Shown piece by piece: positions 49,439 to 59,865 of a DNA stretch of 64,000 nt. Position numbers and translations under genes: made by a program. The notes under the pieces are model-generated. The model was not told where the DNA came from. It did no database searches and saw nothing but the letters and a program-made list of their open reading frames with translations. Position 1 is the stretch's first letter; the number at the start of each line of letters is the position of its first letter. Source of the stretch: Candidatus Multivoradales bacterium. Lineage in GTDB: Bacteria; Acidobacteriota; Thermoanaerobaculia; Multivoradales; JAHEKO01. The stretch is taken from contig CBDFIJ010000004.1 of assembly GCA_965248055.1 (NCBI GenBank), forward strand, positions 992,001 to 1,056,000. The letters run 5' to 3'.

Positions 49439-51376
49439 ATGATGTATCGCCGTCTTCTATTTGCTGCCGTTGGATCGGCCTTAGCTTTCGTCGCCACAGC
49501 CCTCGCTGCGCCCACCGACAAACCGGTACTCCACGCCCAGCATTGGCTGGCGATCACCGGTAAGCCTTTGGGAGCCAGCGCCGGAGCACAGATATTCACT
49601 CAAGGCGGCAACGCGGTGGACTCGGCTTGCGCGATGCTGGCTGCGACTTCCACCATGTGGGACACGTTGGGTTGGGGCGGGGAAACGCAGGCGTTGATCT
49701 ATCACCCAGGCGAGAAACGGGTGATCGGCATCAATGGACTAGGGGTCGCTCCCAGCGGCGCCACGGTCGAGTTTTTCCGCGAACAAGGATTACTCTACCC
49801 ACCTGAATTCGGTCCGCAAGCAGCGGTGACCCCAGGAACGCCGGGCGCGCTGATGACCATGCTGGCCGAGTACGGAACGATGTCGTTAGCCGAAGTGCTG
49901 GCCCCGGCGATGCAGATGGCTGAGGGCTATCCAGTTGAGGCGCAGCAGGCCAACAACATGGAGCGTCGGCGCGAGATTCTCGTCCAGTGGCCGAGTTCGA
50001 AAGAGGTTTTCCTACCCCACTGGGATACCTGCGCTGCGGCGAGCGAGGACGGAGTCCCTTCCGAAGACTGCCGTGTAGCCCCCTACCCAGGGGAGATCTT
50101 GCGCCAACCGGACCTGCACCGCACCTTAGCCAAACTGGTGGAGACCGAAGTCGAGGCTTTGGCTGCAGGCAAGTCGCGCAGCGAAGCAATCTACGCCGCC
50201 TATGACCGTTTCTATCGTGGAGACGTCGCGGAAGACTTGGTTGCCGCTACCCGCGAAGCGGGAGGACTGTTCACCGTCGAAGATCTGGACAACTGGCAGG
50301 TATATATCGAGGAGCCGGTGTCGGCGGACTACCGAGGCATTGAGGTCTACAAATTGACCCATTGGGTGCAAGGGCCGGTGATGCTGCAAGCTTTGAACAT
50401 GCTCAAGAAACTCGACCTAGAGCCGATGGGCTACAACTCCGCGCTCTACATCCACTTGGTCAATCAGGTGATGAACCTGGCCTTCGCCGATCGAGATTTC
50501 TACTACGGCGACCCATATTTTCCGCCCGAGGAACCGATTGAAGGTCTGCTGTCGGATGACTATGCCGCTCACCGCTTGCTCCAGATCGACTGGAAGCAGA
50601 ATGACGCGGACGCCAAGCCCGGTAATCCCTACCCGTTTCAGAACGGTGAGAATCCGTTCAGCGACCTCCTAGAGTCTTGGAGCAATATCCCGGCCACCGT
50701 GGACGCAGAAGGAAAGGAGAGCTGGCAGCAGACCTTGCTTCCTCCGAATGGAGCCACACCCCGCGGTTCGATGACCGCGGACGAGGCGTTCGTCGCCGGC
50801 ACCACTTCGATCCAAGCCGCCGACGAGCAAGGATGGGTGGTCTCGATCACCCCGTCCGGCGGTTGGATTCCCGCGTTTATCGCCGGGGATACCGGCATCG
50901 GCTTATCGCAGCGGATGCAGAGCTTTGTTTTGGACGAACGGCTCAATCCCTACAACTTGTTGGAACCGGGAAAGCGGCCCCGCGCCACCCTCACTCCTGG
51001 CATGGCACTCAAAGACGGCAAGCCGTATCTCTCGTTTGCCGTCCAAGGTGGTGACACCCAGGATCAGAATCTGCTGCAGTGGTTCTTGAACGTGGTTGAG
51101 TTTGGCATGAACGCCCAGCAAGCCGCCGAGGCTGCCAACTTCAACTCCTACCAAATGCAGTCCAGCTTCGGCGCCCACAACGCCGAGCCGGGACGTTTGG
51201 TGGTGCGCGAGGACCTGCCGGTGTGGGTCACCGACAAGCTGAACGAAATGGGCTATTCGGTGGAAAAGAGAGCCAAGACCTCGGGACCGATTACTGCCAT
51301 TGTCTTTGACCATGAAACCGGGACCATGTGGGGAGCGGCGAGTGACTTTGGGGAGGACTATGGGGTCGGGTGGTAA
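49439..51376 (+). CDS. ggt: Gamma-glutamyltransferase family protein (secreted)
   Basis: GGNAVD, AFADRD.YYGDP, GTTS nucleophile site, PGKRPRATLTP, GGDTQDQ. Confidence 0.9.
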   Translation: MMYRRLLFAAVGSALAFVATALAAPTDKPVLHAQHWLAITGKPLGASAGAQIFTQGGNAVDSACAMLAATSTMWDTLGWGGETQALIYHPGEKRVIGINGLGVAPSGATVEFFREQGLLYPPEFGPQAAVTPGTPGALMTMLAEYGTMSLAEVLAPAMQMAEGYPVEAQQANNMERRREILVQWPSSKEVFLPHWDTCAAASEDGVPSEDCRVAPYPGEILRQPDLHRTLAKLVETEVEALAAGKSRSEAIYAAYDRFYRGDVAEDLVAATREAGGLFTVEDLDNWQVYIEEPVSADYRGIEVYKLTHWVQGPVMLQALNMLKKLDLEPMGYNSALYIHLVNQVMNLAFADRDFYYGDPYFPPEEPIEGLLSDDYAAHRLLQIDWKQNDADAKPGNPYPFQNGENPFSDLLESWSNIPATVDAEGKESWQQTLLPPNGATPRGSMTADEAFVAGTTSIQAADEQGWVVSITPSGGWIPAFIAGDTGIGLSQRMQSFVLDERLNPYNLLEPGKRPRATLTPGMALKDGKPYLSFAVQGGDTQDQNLLQWFLNVVEFGMNAQQAAEAANFNSYQMQSSFGAHNAEPGRLVVREDLPVWVTDKLNEMGYSVEKRAKTSGPITAIVFDHETGTMWGAASDFGEDYGVGW

Positions 51377-51429
51377 GAATGACGAGCACGGGCCATCATC
51401 AACGCCCCTTGGACGTCGGAGAATACGCG

Positions 51430-51610
51430 GACAGATCCCGGCTCCCCTCCCCCACCCCCGCCGGGATGACGGAGGCGGCGCTCCCCGAAATGACTCGGGT
51501 TGAGGCGCCCGCCGGAACGACATGAGCATGAGACGGGCTTGCCCTCGGTCGAGGGCGTCATTCCCGCGGGCGGGAGTGCCCGGACCGGAAAGCCGAGGGC
51601 GGGAATCTGG
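51430..51610. repeat. CGTC-type REP-like half elements
   Basis: AGATCCCGG...CGCCGGGATGAC and CGTCATTCCCGCG...GCGGGAATCT. Confidence 0.7.
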
Positions 51611-51634
51611 TGGACGATGAATATCCAATAGCTA

Positions 51635-52444
51635 ATGAAGAGACCACCCCAAAGAGATCCGGTGATCAGCGGCGAGACCTCCATCGACCGGCTTCGCGCC
51701 CTCATCGAACATCTGCGCGGACCCGACGGCTGTGCCTGGGACCGAGAACAGACTGTGCAATCGGTGCGCGCCAATCTGCTGGAGGAAGCGCACGAAGTCG
51801 CCGCAGCAATCGACGGCGGTGACAACGACGAACTGCGGGAAGAGCTGGGCGATCTGCTGTTCCAAGTCGCGTTCTTGGCGCGCATGGCTGAGGAAGAAGG
51901 GATCTTCGATTTCGACCAAGTCGCCAATGAAGTAGTCGACAAGATGATCGCCCGGCATCCGCACGTATTCGGCGATGAGGTCGCCGAGACCGCCGCCGAA
52001 GTGCGTAAGCAGTGGGAGCACCGCAAACAGGCAGATCGAGAAGATAAGAGCGGAACCAGATCGGCGCTGGATGGCGTTCCCACCACCCTGCCGGCACTCA
52101 CCGGCGCCTATCGCCTGTCACAGAAAGCAGCAGCGCTGGGCTTTGATTGGCCGGACATCGAAGGCGTCCTCGACAAACTCACGGAAGAATGTCGCGAACT
52201 GGCCGAAGCCGAGACTGCGGATGAAATCGCCGATGAATTTGGTGATGTGCTGTTCAGTTTGGTTAACCTAGCCCGACACCTGGGGCTGGAACCAGAGGGG
52301 GCCCTGGCGGCGGCCAACATTAAGTTCCGCACCCGCTTTGGGAAAATGGAAGAGATAGTCGCCAACGAAGGGGATCGAGTCTCGGATCTAACGTTAGATC
52401 AGCTTGAGGACCTCTGGCAGAGGGCCAAACAGAGCCTCGATTAA
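51635..52444 (+). CDS. mazG: Nucleoside triphosphate pyrophosphohydrolase
   Basis: LRGPDGCAWDREQT, EEAHEV, EELGDLL, RHPHVF, GFDW, EFGDVLF. Confidence 0.95.
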   Translation: MKRPPQRDPVISGETSIDRLRALIEHLRGPDGCAWDREQTVQSVRANLLEEAHEVAAAIDGGDNDELREELGDLLFQVAFLARMAEEEGIFDFDQVANEVVDKMIARHPHVFGDEVAETAAEVRKQWEHRKQADREDKSGTRSALDGVPTTLPALTGAYRLSQKAAALGFDWPDIEGVLDKLTEECRELAEAETADEIADEFGDVLFSLVNLARHLGLEPEGALAAANIKFRTRFGKMEEIVANEGDRVSDLTLDQLEDLWQRAKQSLD

Positions 52445-52565
52445 GACTCATGAACGGGAGGGGATGACCCCCTCCCCTGCCTTAAGAAAATAGTTTGTGG
52501 AGATAAACGGATCGCCTTTGCGTGTTTCTCGTAGGGAGAGGGCCGCGATCGCCTCCGACTCACTC

Positions 52566-53363
52566 GTCATCCCCGAAGGGCGGGGGTTTGGCGGTCAGGG
52601 TCTTACAAGCGAAAAGACTACCGACGGATTACGTGACTGGCTGAGATCCCGGCCCCCCGCCCTCACACCCGCCGGGATGACGAGGGCTACCCGCGGCCGG
52701 ATGACGAAGGAAGTGCCTGCCGGGATGACAAGGGAAATGTACGCCGAGATGACGGAAGCGGTACCCGCCGGACGACTCATCTGTGTCATCCCCGAAGGGA
52801 GGTGGCTCCGGGGGGCGGGAATCTTTCAAGCGCAGGGTCACCGACGGATTACCTGGTTGGCTGAGATCCCGGCCCCCCGCCCTCACACCCGCCGGGATGA
52901 CGAGGGCTACCCGCGGCCGGATGACGAAGGAAGTGCCTGCCGGGATGACAAGGGAAATGTACGCCGGGATGACGGAAGCGGTACCCGCCGGACGACTCAT
53001 CTGTGTCATCCCCGAAGGGAGGTGGCTCCGGGGGGCGGGAATCTTTCAAGCGAAGGGTCACCGATGGATTACCTGGTTGGCTGAGATCCCGGCCCCCCGC
53101 CCTCACACCCGCCGGGATGACGAGGGGTACCCGCGGCCGGATGACGAAGGAAGTGCCTGCCGGGATGACAAGGGAAATGTACGCCGAGATGACGGAAGCG
53201 GTACCCGCCGGACGACTCATCTGTGTCATCCCCGAAGGGAGGTGGCTCCGGGGGTCGGGGATCTTTCAAGCGAAGGGTCACCGACGGATTACCTGGCTGA
53301 GATCCCGGCCCACCGCCCGCACACCCGCCGGGGTGACGAAGGAAGTGCCTGCTGGAATGACGG
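52566..53363. repeat. Tandem array of 220-bp palindrome-containing units (about 3.6 copies)
   Basis: GTCATCCCCGAAGGG at 52566, 52785, 53005, 53225. Confidence 0.92.
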
Positions 53364-53404
53364 AAGAGGCGCAGGCGCCTGCTTTTCAAGCATCTACTTA
53401 TCGA

Positions 53405-53833
53405 CTACGCGAAATGCGCCTGCAGTGCTCCCAGCAATGCCTGATAGATCGGCATGCAAAATTCGTGGGTGTCTGCGTCACTGGCGGTTTGGTAGTTACT
53501 CTGCCACTCAACGAAGGTCCGCTCTCCGATCGTCACTGGCAAGACTCGGATACTGCCCACGTAGCGGACAATGTTCGCTGCCTCTAGGGGACCAGGGCCA
53601 TCGTCGATGGTGTACTGCAGGGTTCGGTATTGGTCGTCGAGCCCGATCAAGGTCTCGTGGAACACGCCATTTAAAACCCGTTTGGCGCCAATTTGATCGG
53701 CGGCGGCTCCGCCGGTCGGCTCGTTACTCTCCAAGACTCCCGCTGCCCAATCGGTATTGTGAAAATTCCGTAGCGCAGCCCAGACATCGTCGACCGAAGC
53801 GTTGACTACACAACTGTTGTAACAGTGACCCAT
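53405..53833 (-). CDS. SRPBCC (polyketide cyclase/START-like) family protein
   Basis: VVNASVDDVWAALRNF, IGAKRVL, ETLIGLD, TFVEW; AAGGGGG upstream. Confidence 0.85.
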   Translation of the reverse strand: MGHCYNSCVVNASVDDVWAALRNFHNTDWAAGVLESNEPTGGAAADQIGAKRVLNGVFHETLIGLDDQYRTLQYTIDDGPGPLEAANIVRYVGSIRVLPVTIGERTFVEWQSNYQTASDADTHEFCMPIYQALLGALQAHFA

Positions 53834-54420
53834 CTTCCCCCCTTCCGCGGTGTCGCGGAGATGTTGTGACCGGAGAGTACCCCGACTTTGATCATGCAGC
53901 CGCCGCTCGTCGGCGACCTAGTGAGGGCAATACGGGTTGCTGCGGTGACAAGATTTATGGAATGAGCATGCTGTGAAAAGGGATTAATCCCGCTCCGTCG
54001 TGGCTGCGGAGAAGCACCTGTGGAAAGAGGCTGTGCTTCTCGCCCAACTCGCGAGGTAGACGGCGCATCGAGATCCTTCGACTCCCCTCTAAGACTCGGG
54101 TCGCTGAGGATGACAATAATTAGCGACACCGAAACACCAACCTCTCAATTTTGCCGCCGACCGCGGGGTGGAATGTGTCCGCTTACCCCAGAGAAAGTGG
54201 TTCATCCTTGATCGCTGTAAAACAATTCCCGGTGATCGTGGGAGGGGATAAACCCCTCTCCACATAAGGATTGGTTCACGGTTGACAACGCCGACGATCC
54301 TCTTGTCGTGGCGGGGCCTGGATTCTCGGACCTGACGTTAGATCAACTTGCGGACTCCTGGCAGAGGGCGAAACAGAGCCTCGATCTTGACTGGTAAACG
54401 GGAAGGGATAACTCATCTGT

Positions 54421-55500
54421 GTCATCCCCGAAGGGCGGGGGTTTGGCGGTCGGGGATCTTATGAGCGAAGGGATCAGCGACCGATTACGTACTGGACTGA
54501 GATCCCGGCCCCCCGCCCTCACACCCGCCGGGATGACGAAAGCGGGCCAGCCGGGATTACGGAGACGGTACCAACGGGAATTACAAAGGTGTGCCCGCCG
54601 GAATGACTCATCTTCGTCATCCCCGAAGGGCGGGGGTTTGGCGGTCGGGGATCTTATGAGCGAAGGGATCAGCGACCGATTACGTACTGGACTGAGATCC
54701 CGGCCCCCCGCCCTCACACCCGCCGGGATGACGAAGGCGGGCCAGCCGGGATTACGGAGACGGTACCAACGGGGATTACAAAGGTGTGCCCGCCGGAATG
54801 ACTCATCTTCGTCATCCCCGAAGGGCGGGGGTTTGGCGGTCGGGGATCTTATGAGCGAAGGGATCAGCGACCGATTACGTACTGGACTGAGATCCCGGCC
54901 CCCCGCCCTCACACCCGCCGGGATGACGAAGGCGGGCCAGCCGGGATTACGGAGACGGTACCAACGGGGATTACGAAGGTGTGCCCGCCGGAATGACTCA
55001 TCTGTGTCATCCCCGTAGGGAGGGGGTTTCGGGGGGTCGGGGATCTTTCAAGCGAAAGGACTACCGACGGATTACGTGACTGACTGAGATCCCGGCCCCC
55101 CGCCCTCACACCCGCCGGGATGACGAAAGCGGGCCAGCCGGGATTACGGAGACGGTACCAACGGGAATTACAAAGGTGTGCCCGCCGGAATGACTCATCT
55201 TCGTCATCCCCGTAGGGAGGGGGTTTCGGGGGGTCGGGGATCTTTCAAGCGAAAGGACTACCGACGGATTACGTGACTGACTGAGATCCCGGCCCCCCGC
55301 CCTCACACCCGCCGGGATGACGAAGGCGGGCCAGCCGGGATTACGGAGACCGTACCAACGGGGATTACGAAGGTGTGCCCGCCGGGATGACGAAAGCGGG
55401 CCAGCCGGGATTACGGAGACGGTACCAACGGGAATTACAAAGGTGTGCCCGCCGGGATGACGAAGGGTGCGCCGGGGCAAGCTCTCACACCGCCGGGGTG
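54421..55500. repeat. Tandem array of 195-197-bp palindrome-containing units (5 copies) followed by 70-bp sub-units
   Basis: GTCATCCCCG at 54421, 54616, 54811, 55006, 55203; CCCGCCGGGATGACGAA repeating every 70 bp at the end. Confidence 0.92.
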
Positions 55501-55533
55501 ACAAGCGCCCACCACCTGGCAAACAATGGCGCG

Positions 55534-58005
55534 ATGCGTATCGATGCCCAAGCCAGTCGCATCGAAGTTTCGGTCGCGGATCTGATCGAGTCCGGTTCCA
55601 GGGGGAGTCTGGGGTTCGGTCAGCGCGGCGGCTATGAGCGGATGTGGATCGGCCAGGCGATCCACACTCGTTATCAAGAGCAACAGCATAACGACGACCC
55701 GAGTTATCAAAGCGAGCTCGGGATCAAATCCACGGTTGTCATTCGGGGCTGGGAGGTCACGGTGCGCGGTCGCATCGACGGCCTGCGGCAAGAACCTAAT
55801 GGCACAGCCGTGGTGCAAGAGCTCAAGTCAGTGCGGCGAGACCGACCACCCTCCGAGGCAACCCTGAAGATGTATCGGGAACAGGCGGCAGTCTATGCCT
55901 GGATGCTGTCTCAGGAGCAGGCGCAAGAGCAGGCGGATTCTTCGGAAGAGGAATCCGACGACGCTCCAGAGACTTCAACAACTTCGGCCAAGGTCGATGC
56001 CGAGCTGGTGCTGATCGAGGTCGCCTCCTATGAGGCTTTGATTGAGCCGCTGGAATTGAACCTTTCCGAGGTCGACACTTGGGTTCGCAAGCGGCTACAG
56101 CGGATGGTGGGACAAGCGCAGCAAGCACAAGCAGAGAGAGACACTCGGGCCCGTGCCGGCCGCCACTTAGTTTTCCCCCATGACCAGACGCGACCTGGGC
56201 AGCAAGCAATCATCAAAGCCACCGAGCGGGCAATCGAGCAACAAGAGCATTTGTTGATCGAGGCGCCGACCGGGTTGGGTAAAACCGTAGCCGCGCTCTA
56301 TCCAGCGGTCAAAGCGGCGTTAGAGGACGATTTAAAGGTTTATGTGCTGACCGCCAAGAATCTGCAGCAAGAAATGGCGCTCAAGGTGATGGAGATGCTC
56401 AACGTAGAGCAGAGCTTCTCCAGTCTGCAGGTACGGGCCAAAGCACGGATGTGCGCCAACGACGAAATCGTCTGTCACGAGGACTACTGCCGTTTTGCTC
56501 GCGATTACTTCGGCAAGCTGCACGCCAGCGGCTTAGTGGATCAATTGGCGGACGGATCGACAGTTCGGCCCGATACGGTGTTTGAGGCAGCCAGTCAGTT
56601 GGAAGTCTGCCCGTTTGAGGTCAGCCTGGAGTTGGCGCGTCGTTGCCATACTGTGATCGGCGACTACAACTATGCCTTTGATCCCTATGTCGCCCTGCGC
56701 GACTTCGGACCGGAAGGCAATCTCGAAAACTCGATTTTGATCATCGACGAGATCCACAATTTGGTGGAACGCGCCCGCGGTTATTGGAGCCCCGAGCTCT
56801 CCAGCAAGTCATTGCGCATAGCGGCGGGATTTGTCGCTGCGCAAGGGTCAACCGGGCCAGCCATAGCCCATCTCATCGGCCAACTTGCTTCGCGTATTGA
56901 GGAAGACGTCGACTTCGCCTTTGAGGACCACCCGCCACAGATCCAAGAAGTCCAAGGGGAGCTAGCCGCCGACGCCTTTGCCCTGCTGCGCCCCGATTTT
57001 GATGACGCTTTCTTGGATCACCTGGAGTCGATGCGGGCTTCTAAGGCAATGACCGCCGATGACCCGATCCGCGATCAGTACTACGGATTTCAGCGTTTCA
57101 TGGACACCGCCCGGGAGGCCGATGACCAGACTTTTTCCACCGTGTTTCGCCGGGATGGTGAGGATCGACGCATCCAGATCTTCTGTTTGGACCCGAGCCG
57201 TTTTCTCAAACGCATCTTTGAGCGCAGCCGTGCGATCATCGGGCTCTCGGCCACCCTGTCCCCTCCTGAGTTCTATCGCGACCTACTTGGGCTGGATCAA
57301 GATCGCTGGACATTCGAGAAAGTCGAGAGTCCCTTTCCCGAGGAAAACCGAAGGGTGGTGATCGACGATGAGGTCTCAACCCTGTGGCGTGATCGCCCTG
57401 ACAACTACGGATTGATCGCCGAACGCCTGGGAGATTTCGCCTCGGCAGTACCCGGCAATGTACTGGCACTGTTTCCGAGCTATCAGTTTCTGGCTGAAGT
57501 GGCGCCGCGGATGCACCTGGATGGCAAGCGCATCGCAGTCCAAGAACAGGCCAACAGCGCCAAAGATCGTGACCGGCTGCTGGACACCCTGCGAGATGGC
57601 ACCGGGAACGTGCTGCTGCTGGCGGTCGCTGGAGGGGTGTTCGCCGAGGGCGTCGACTATCCGGGCGAGATGTTGAAAGCGGTGGCGGTGGTCGGTCCGG
57701 CACTACCGCCGGTATCGCTCGAGCGTGAACTGCTCAAACGCTATTACCAGGAGCAGTTTGAGCGCGGCTTTGAATACTCCTTCGTACTTCCCGGTATGAC
57801 CCGGGTGGTGCAGGCTGCGGGACGATTGATCCGTTCCGACACCGACACTGGGGTGATCGCGCTGTTTGGTCATCGCTTCAAACGCGCCCCGTATCTGGAT
57901 TACCTGCCGGAGGAGTGGTTTGTCGATGGGGACGTTGCAGCCAGCATCGGTACTCCATCGGTGGCCACAGCGAAATTTTTTGCTGGGCTTGAAGTCGAGG
58001 CGTAG
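55534..58005 (+). CDS. PD-(D/E)xK (RecB/Cas4-like) nuclease fused to a DinG/XPD Fe-S helicase
   Basis: G..IH, GRIDG, ELKS, Q..VY; APTGLGKT, 4 Cys (MC...C....C...CPFE), DEIH, SATL, QAAGRLIR; start moved to ATG 55534. Confidence 0.9.
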   Translation: MRIDAQASRIEVSVADLIESGSRGSLGFGQRGGYERMWIGQAIHTRYQEQQHNDDPSYQSELGIKSTVVIRGWEVTVRGRIDGLRQEPNGTAVVQELKSVRRDRPPSEATLKMYREQAAVYAWMLSQEQAQEQADSSEEESDDAPETSTTSAKVDAELVLIEVASYEALIEPLELNLSEVDTWVRKRLQRMVGQAQQAQAERDTRARAGRHLVFPHDQTRPGQQAIIKATERAIEQQEHLLIEAPTGLGKTVAALYPAVKAALEDDLKVYVLTAKNLQQEMALKVMEMLNVEQSFSSLQVRAKARMCANDEIVCHEDYCRFARDYFGKLHASGLVDQLADGSTVRPDTVFEAASQLEVCPFEVSLELARRCHTVIGDYNYAFDPYVALRDFGPEGNLENSILIIDEIHNLVERARGYWSPELSSKSLRIAAGFVAAQGSTGPAIAHLIGQLASRIEEDVDFAFEDHPPQIQEVQGELAADAFALLRPDFDDAFLDHLESMRASKAMTADDPIRDQYYGFQRFMDTAREADDQTFSTVFRRDGEDRRIQIFCLDPSRFLKRIFERSRAIIGLSATLSPPEFYRDLLGLDQDRWTFEKVESPFPEENRRVVIDDEVSTLWRDRPDNYGLIAERLGDFASAVPGNVLALFPSYQFLAEVAPRMHLDGKRIAVQEQANSAKDRDRLLDTLRDGTGNVLLLAVAGGVFAEGVDYPGEMLKAVAVVGPALPPVSLERELLKRYYQEQFERGFEYSFVLPGMTRVVQAAGRLIRSDTDTGVIALFGHRFKRAPYLDYLPEEWFVDGDVAASIGTPSVATAKFFAGLEVEA

Positions 58006-58086
58006 AGACGGCGGGTCGGGTTCTTTTTGTCGCGCCCATCGAACCTTTTGTGCCCGGCGTTTAACAGCCGCGCGCACTGGCGCATT

Positions 58087-58830
58087 GAGATCCTTCGACT
58101 CCCTTCACTGCGCTCCGGTCGCTCAGGATGACAGGGAAAAGCGGGAGGATGCCCCCCTACAGATGGATCGTTGCTTGTCTTTCACGACTGGTTAGGTGAC
58201 CAATTCGTCATCCCCGAAGGGAGGCCTTCTTGAGGGTCGAGAATCTTTCAAGTGAACGACTCAGCGACGGACTTGCGTACTTGAAGAAGATCCCGGCCCC
58301 CCACCCCCACACCCGCCGGGATGACGAGGGAGGGGGTCGGCGAGAGGACTCATCGATGTCATCCCCGAAGAGAGGGGGTTCTGCGGGTCGGGATCTTTTT
58401 GGCGAACGGATCTCCGACGGATCACGCACTTGGCGGAGATCCCGGCCCCCCGCCCCCCCGGCTCCACATCCCCGTCGCGCCGGGGCAGGCTCTCAGTCCG
58501 CCGGGATGACGAGGGAGGTGCTTTGGGATGGCGAAGGGAGGGCCGGCGAAATGACTCTTCGGTGTCATCCCCGAAGAGAGGGGGTTCTGCGGGTCGGGAT
58601 CTTTTTGGCGAACGGATCTCCGACGGATCACGCACTTGGCGGAGATCCCGGCCCCCCGCCCCCCCGGCTCCACATCCCCGTCGCGCCGGGGCAGGCTCTC
58701 AGTCCGCCGGGATGACGAGGGAGGTGCTTTGGGATGGCGAAGGGAGGGCCGGCGAAATGACTCTTCGGTGTCATCCCCGAAGGGAGGGGGTTTCGGGGGT
58801 CGGGGATCTTTCAAGCGAAGGACTCAGCGA
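58087..58830. repeat. REP-like hairpin plus tandem array with 206-bp period
   Basis: GAGATCCTTCG...CTCAGGATGAC at about 58087; GTCATCCCCGAAG at 58207, 58358, 58564, 58770. Confidence 0.9.
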
Positions 58831-58851
58831 CTTACCGCCTCCCGTCTTCGA

Positions 58852-59748
58852 TCAACCCGGCGCGACGACGCGCAGGCCTTTGGGCACCACGCTGATCTCA
58901 ACCGGATCTTGGCCGACCTCAAGCATCGACTCACCGTCGCCATAGATCGGCAGGGTATGGCTCAGAGAAAGCTTCACTTTGCTGCTGCGGACCATTTCCA
59001 CCGCTGGATGGTCGACGTGCTTGCCGTCGTAAACCTTGAGCAGCAGTGGTATCAGTTTGGGTTTGAAGGTTCGTTTGATCCACACCAAGTCCAGCAAGCC
59101 ATCGTCGACTTTGGCCTGGGGCGCGATCTTCATCCCGGCGCCGAAGCGCCAGCAGTTGGCGGTGATAAAAGACATGCCTTCGCCGTGCCAGACCCCGGCG
59201 TCGTGTTCGATGGTGTAAACCGGGGGCTTGAATCCGGCCAGGACCGCGACCGCTGCCAGCGGATACCCCAAGGCACCGCGAAACACTCGCTGGCGGTTGG
59301 CCAGACGAGCCGAGAGACTGTCGATGCCAACCCCACAGTGGACTGCAAAATATACTTGTCGGTCGTGCTTGTCGTCGACCCGTCCAAGGTCTACTCGTCG
59401 AGTTCGACTCTCGACCGCCAGACCCAACGCGATGTCCAAGTTTTCTGGAATTCCTACCGAAGTGGCGAAGTCATTGCCTCGACCCAACGGAATCGGCGCC
59501 AAAGCAGTTTCTGAGCCGGCCAGCTCCTGCACCGCGTAGTGAACCGACCCATCTCCTCCCACCACCACCACACGCTCTTGACCTCGATCGCGAGCGACAG
59601 CAACCGTCGCACGTAGATCGGCGGCACTGTTGGTGAGATGAAACTCCGCTCCTACCCGACGAGCACACTCTCTCAGGCTGGATAGACGCGCCGCCACCTT
59701 CCCCCGACCGGAGGTTGGATTGACGACGAATTGAATTTTGGACTGCAC
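58852..59748 (-). CDS. Diacylglycerol/lipid kinase family protein (YegS/DAGK)
   Basis: VVNPTSG, GGDGSV, PLGRGNDFA, DDGLLD, YGDGE. Confidence 0.92.
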   Translation of the reverse strand: MQSKIQFVVNPTSGRGKVAARLSSLRECARRVGAEFHLTNSAADLRATVAVARDRGQERVVVVGGDGSVHYAVQELAGSETALAPIPLGRGNDFATSVGIPENLDIALGLAVESRTRRVDLGRVDDKHDRQVYFAVHCGVGIDSLSARLANRQRVFRGALGYPLAAVAVLAGFKPPVYTIEHDAGVWHGEGMSFITANCWRFGAGMKIAPQAKVDDGLLDLVWIKRTFKPKLIPLLLKVYDGKHVDHPAVEMVRSSKVKLSLSHTLPIYGDGESMLEVGQDPVEISVVPKGLRVVAPG

Positions 59749-59865
59749 GAGACTCTGTTTCCACGAGACTATGTTCTCGATGGCAGTGTTCTCGCTGGCA
59801 GTATTCTCGTTAGCAGTGATCTCGTGGCGGCGCTCTTGACGGCGCTCCCGTTGACTAGCCGCTAC

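Noticed and set aside
52497-55533. ORFs within the repeat arrays (e.g. 52783-53805, 54419-55018, and the 55375 extension of the helicase)
   Set aside because: They are translations of GC-rich palindromic repeats, open in several frames on both strands, with no start signals.
52566-58830. CRISPR array associated with a Cas4/DinG-like gene
   Set aside because: Units are about 200 bp and the intervening sequences are identical or clearly related rather than unique spacers; no cas1/2/5/6/7 genes are present.
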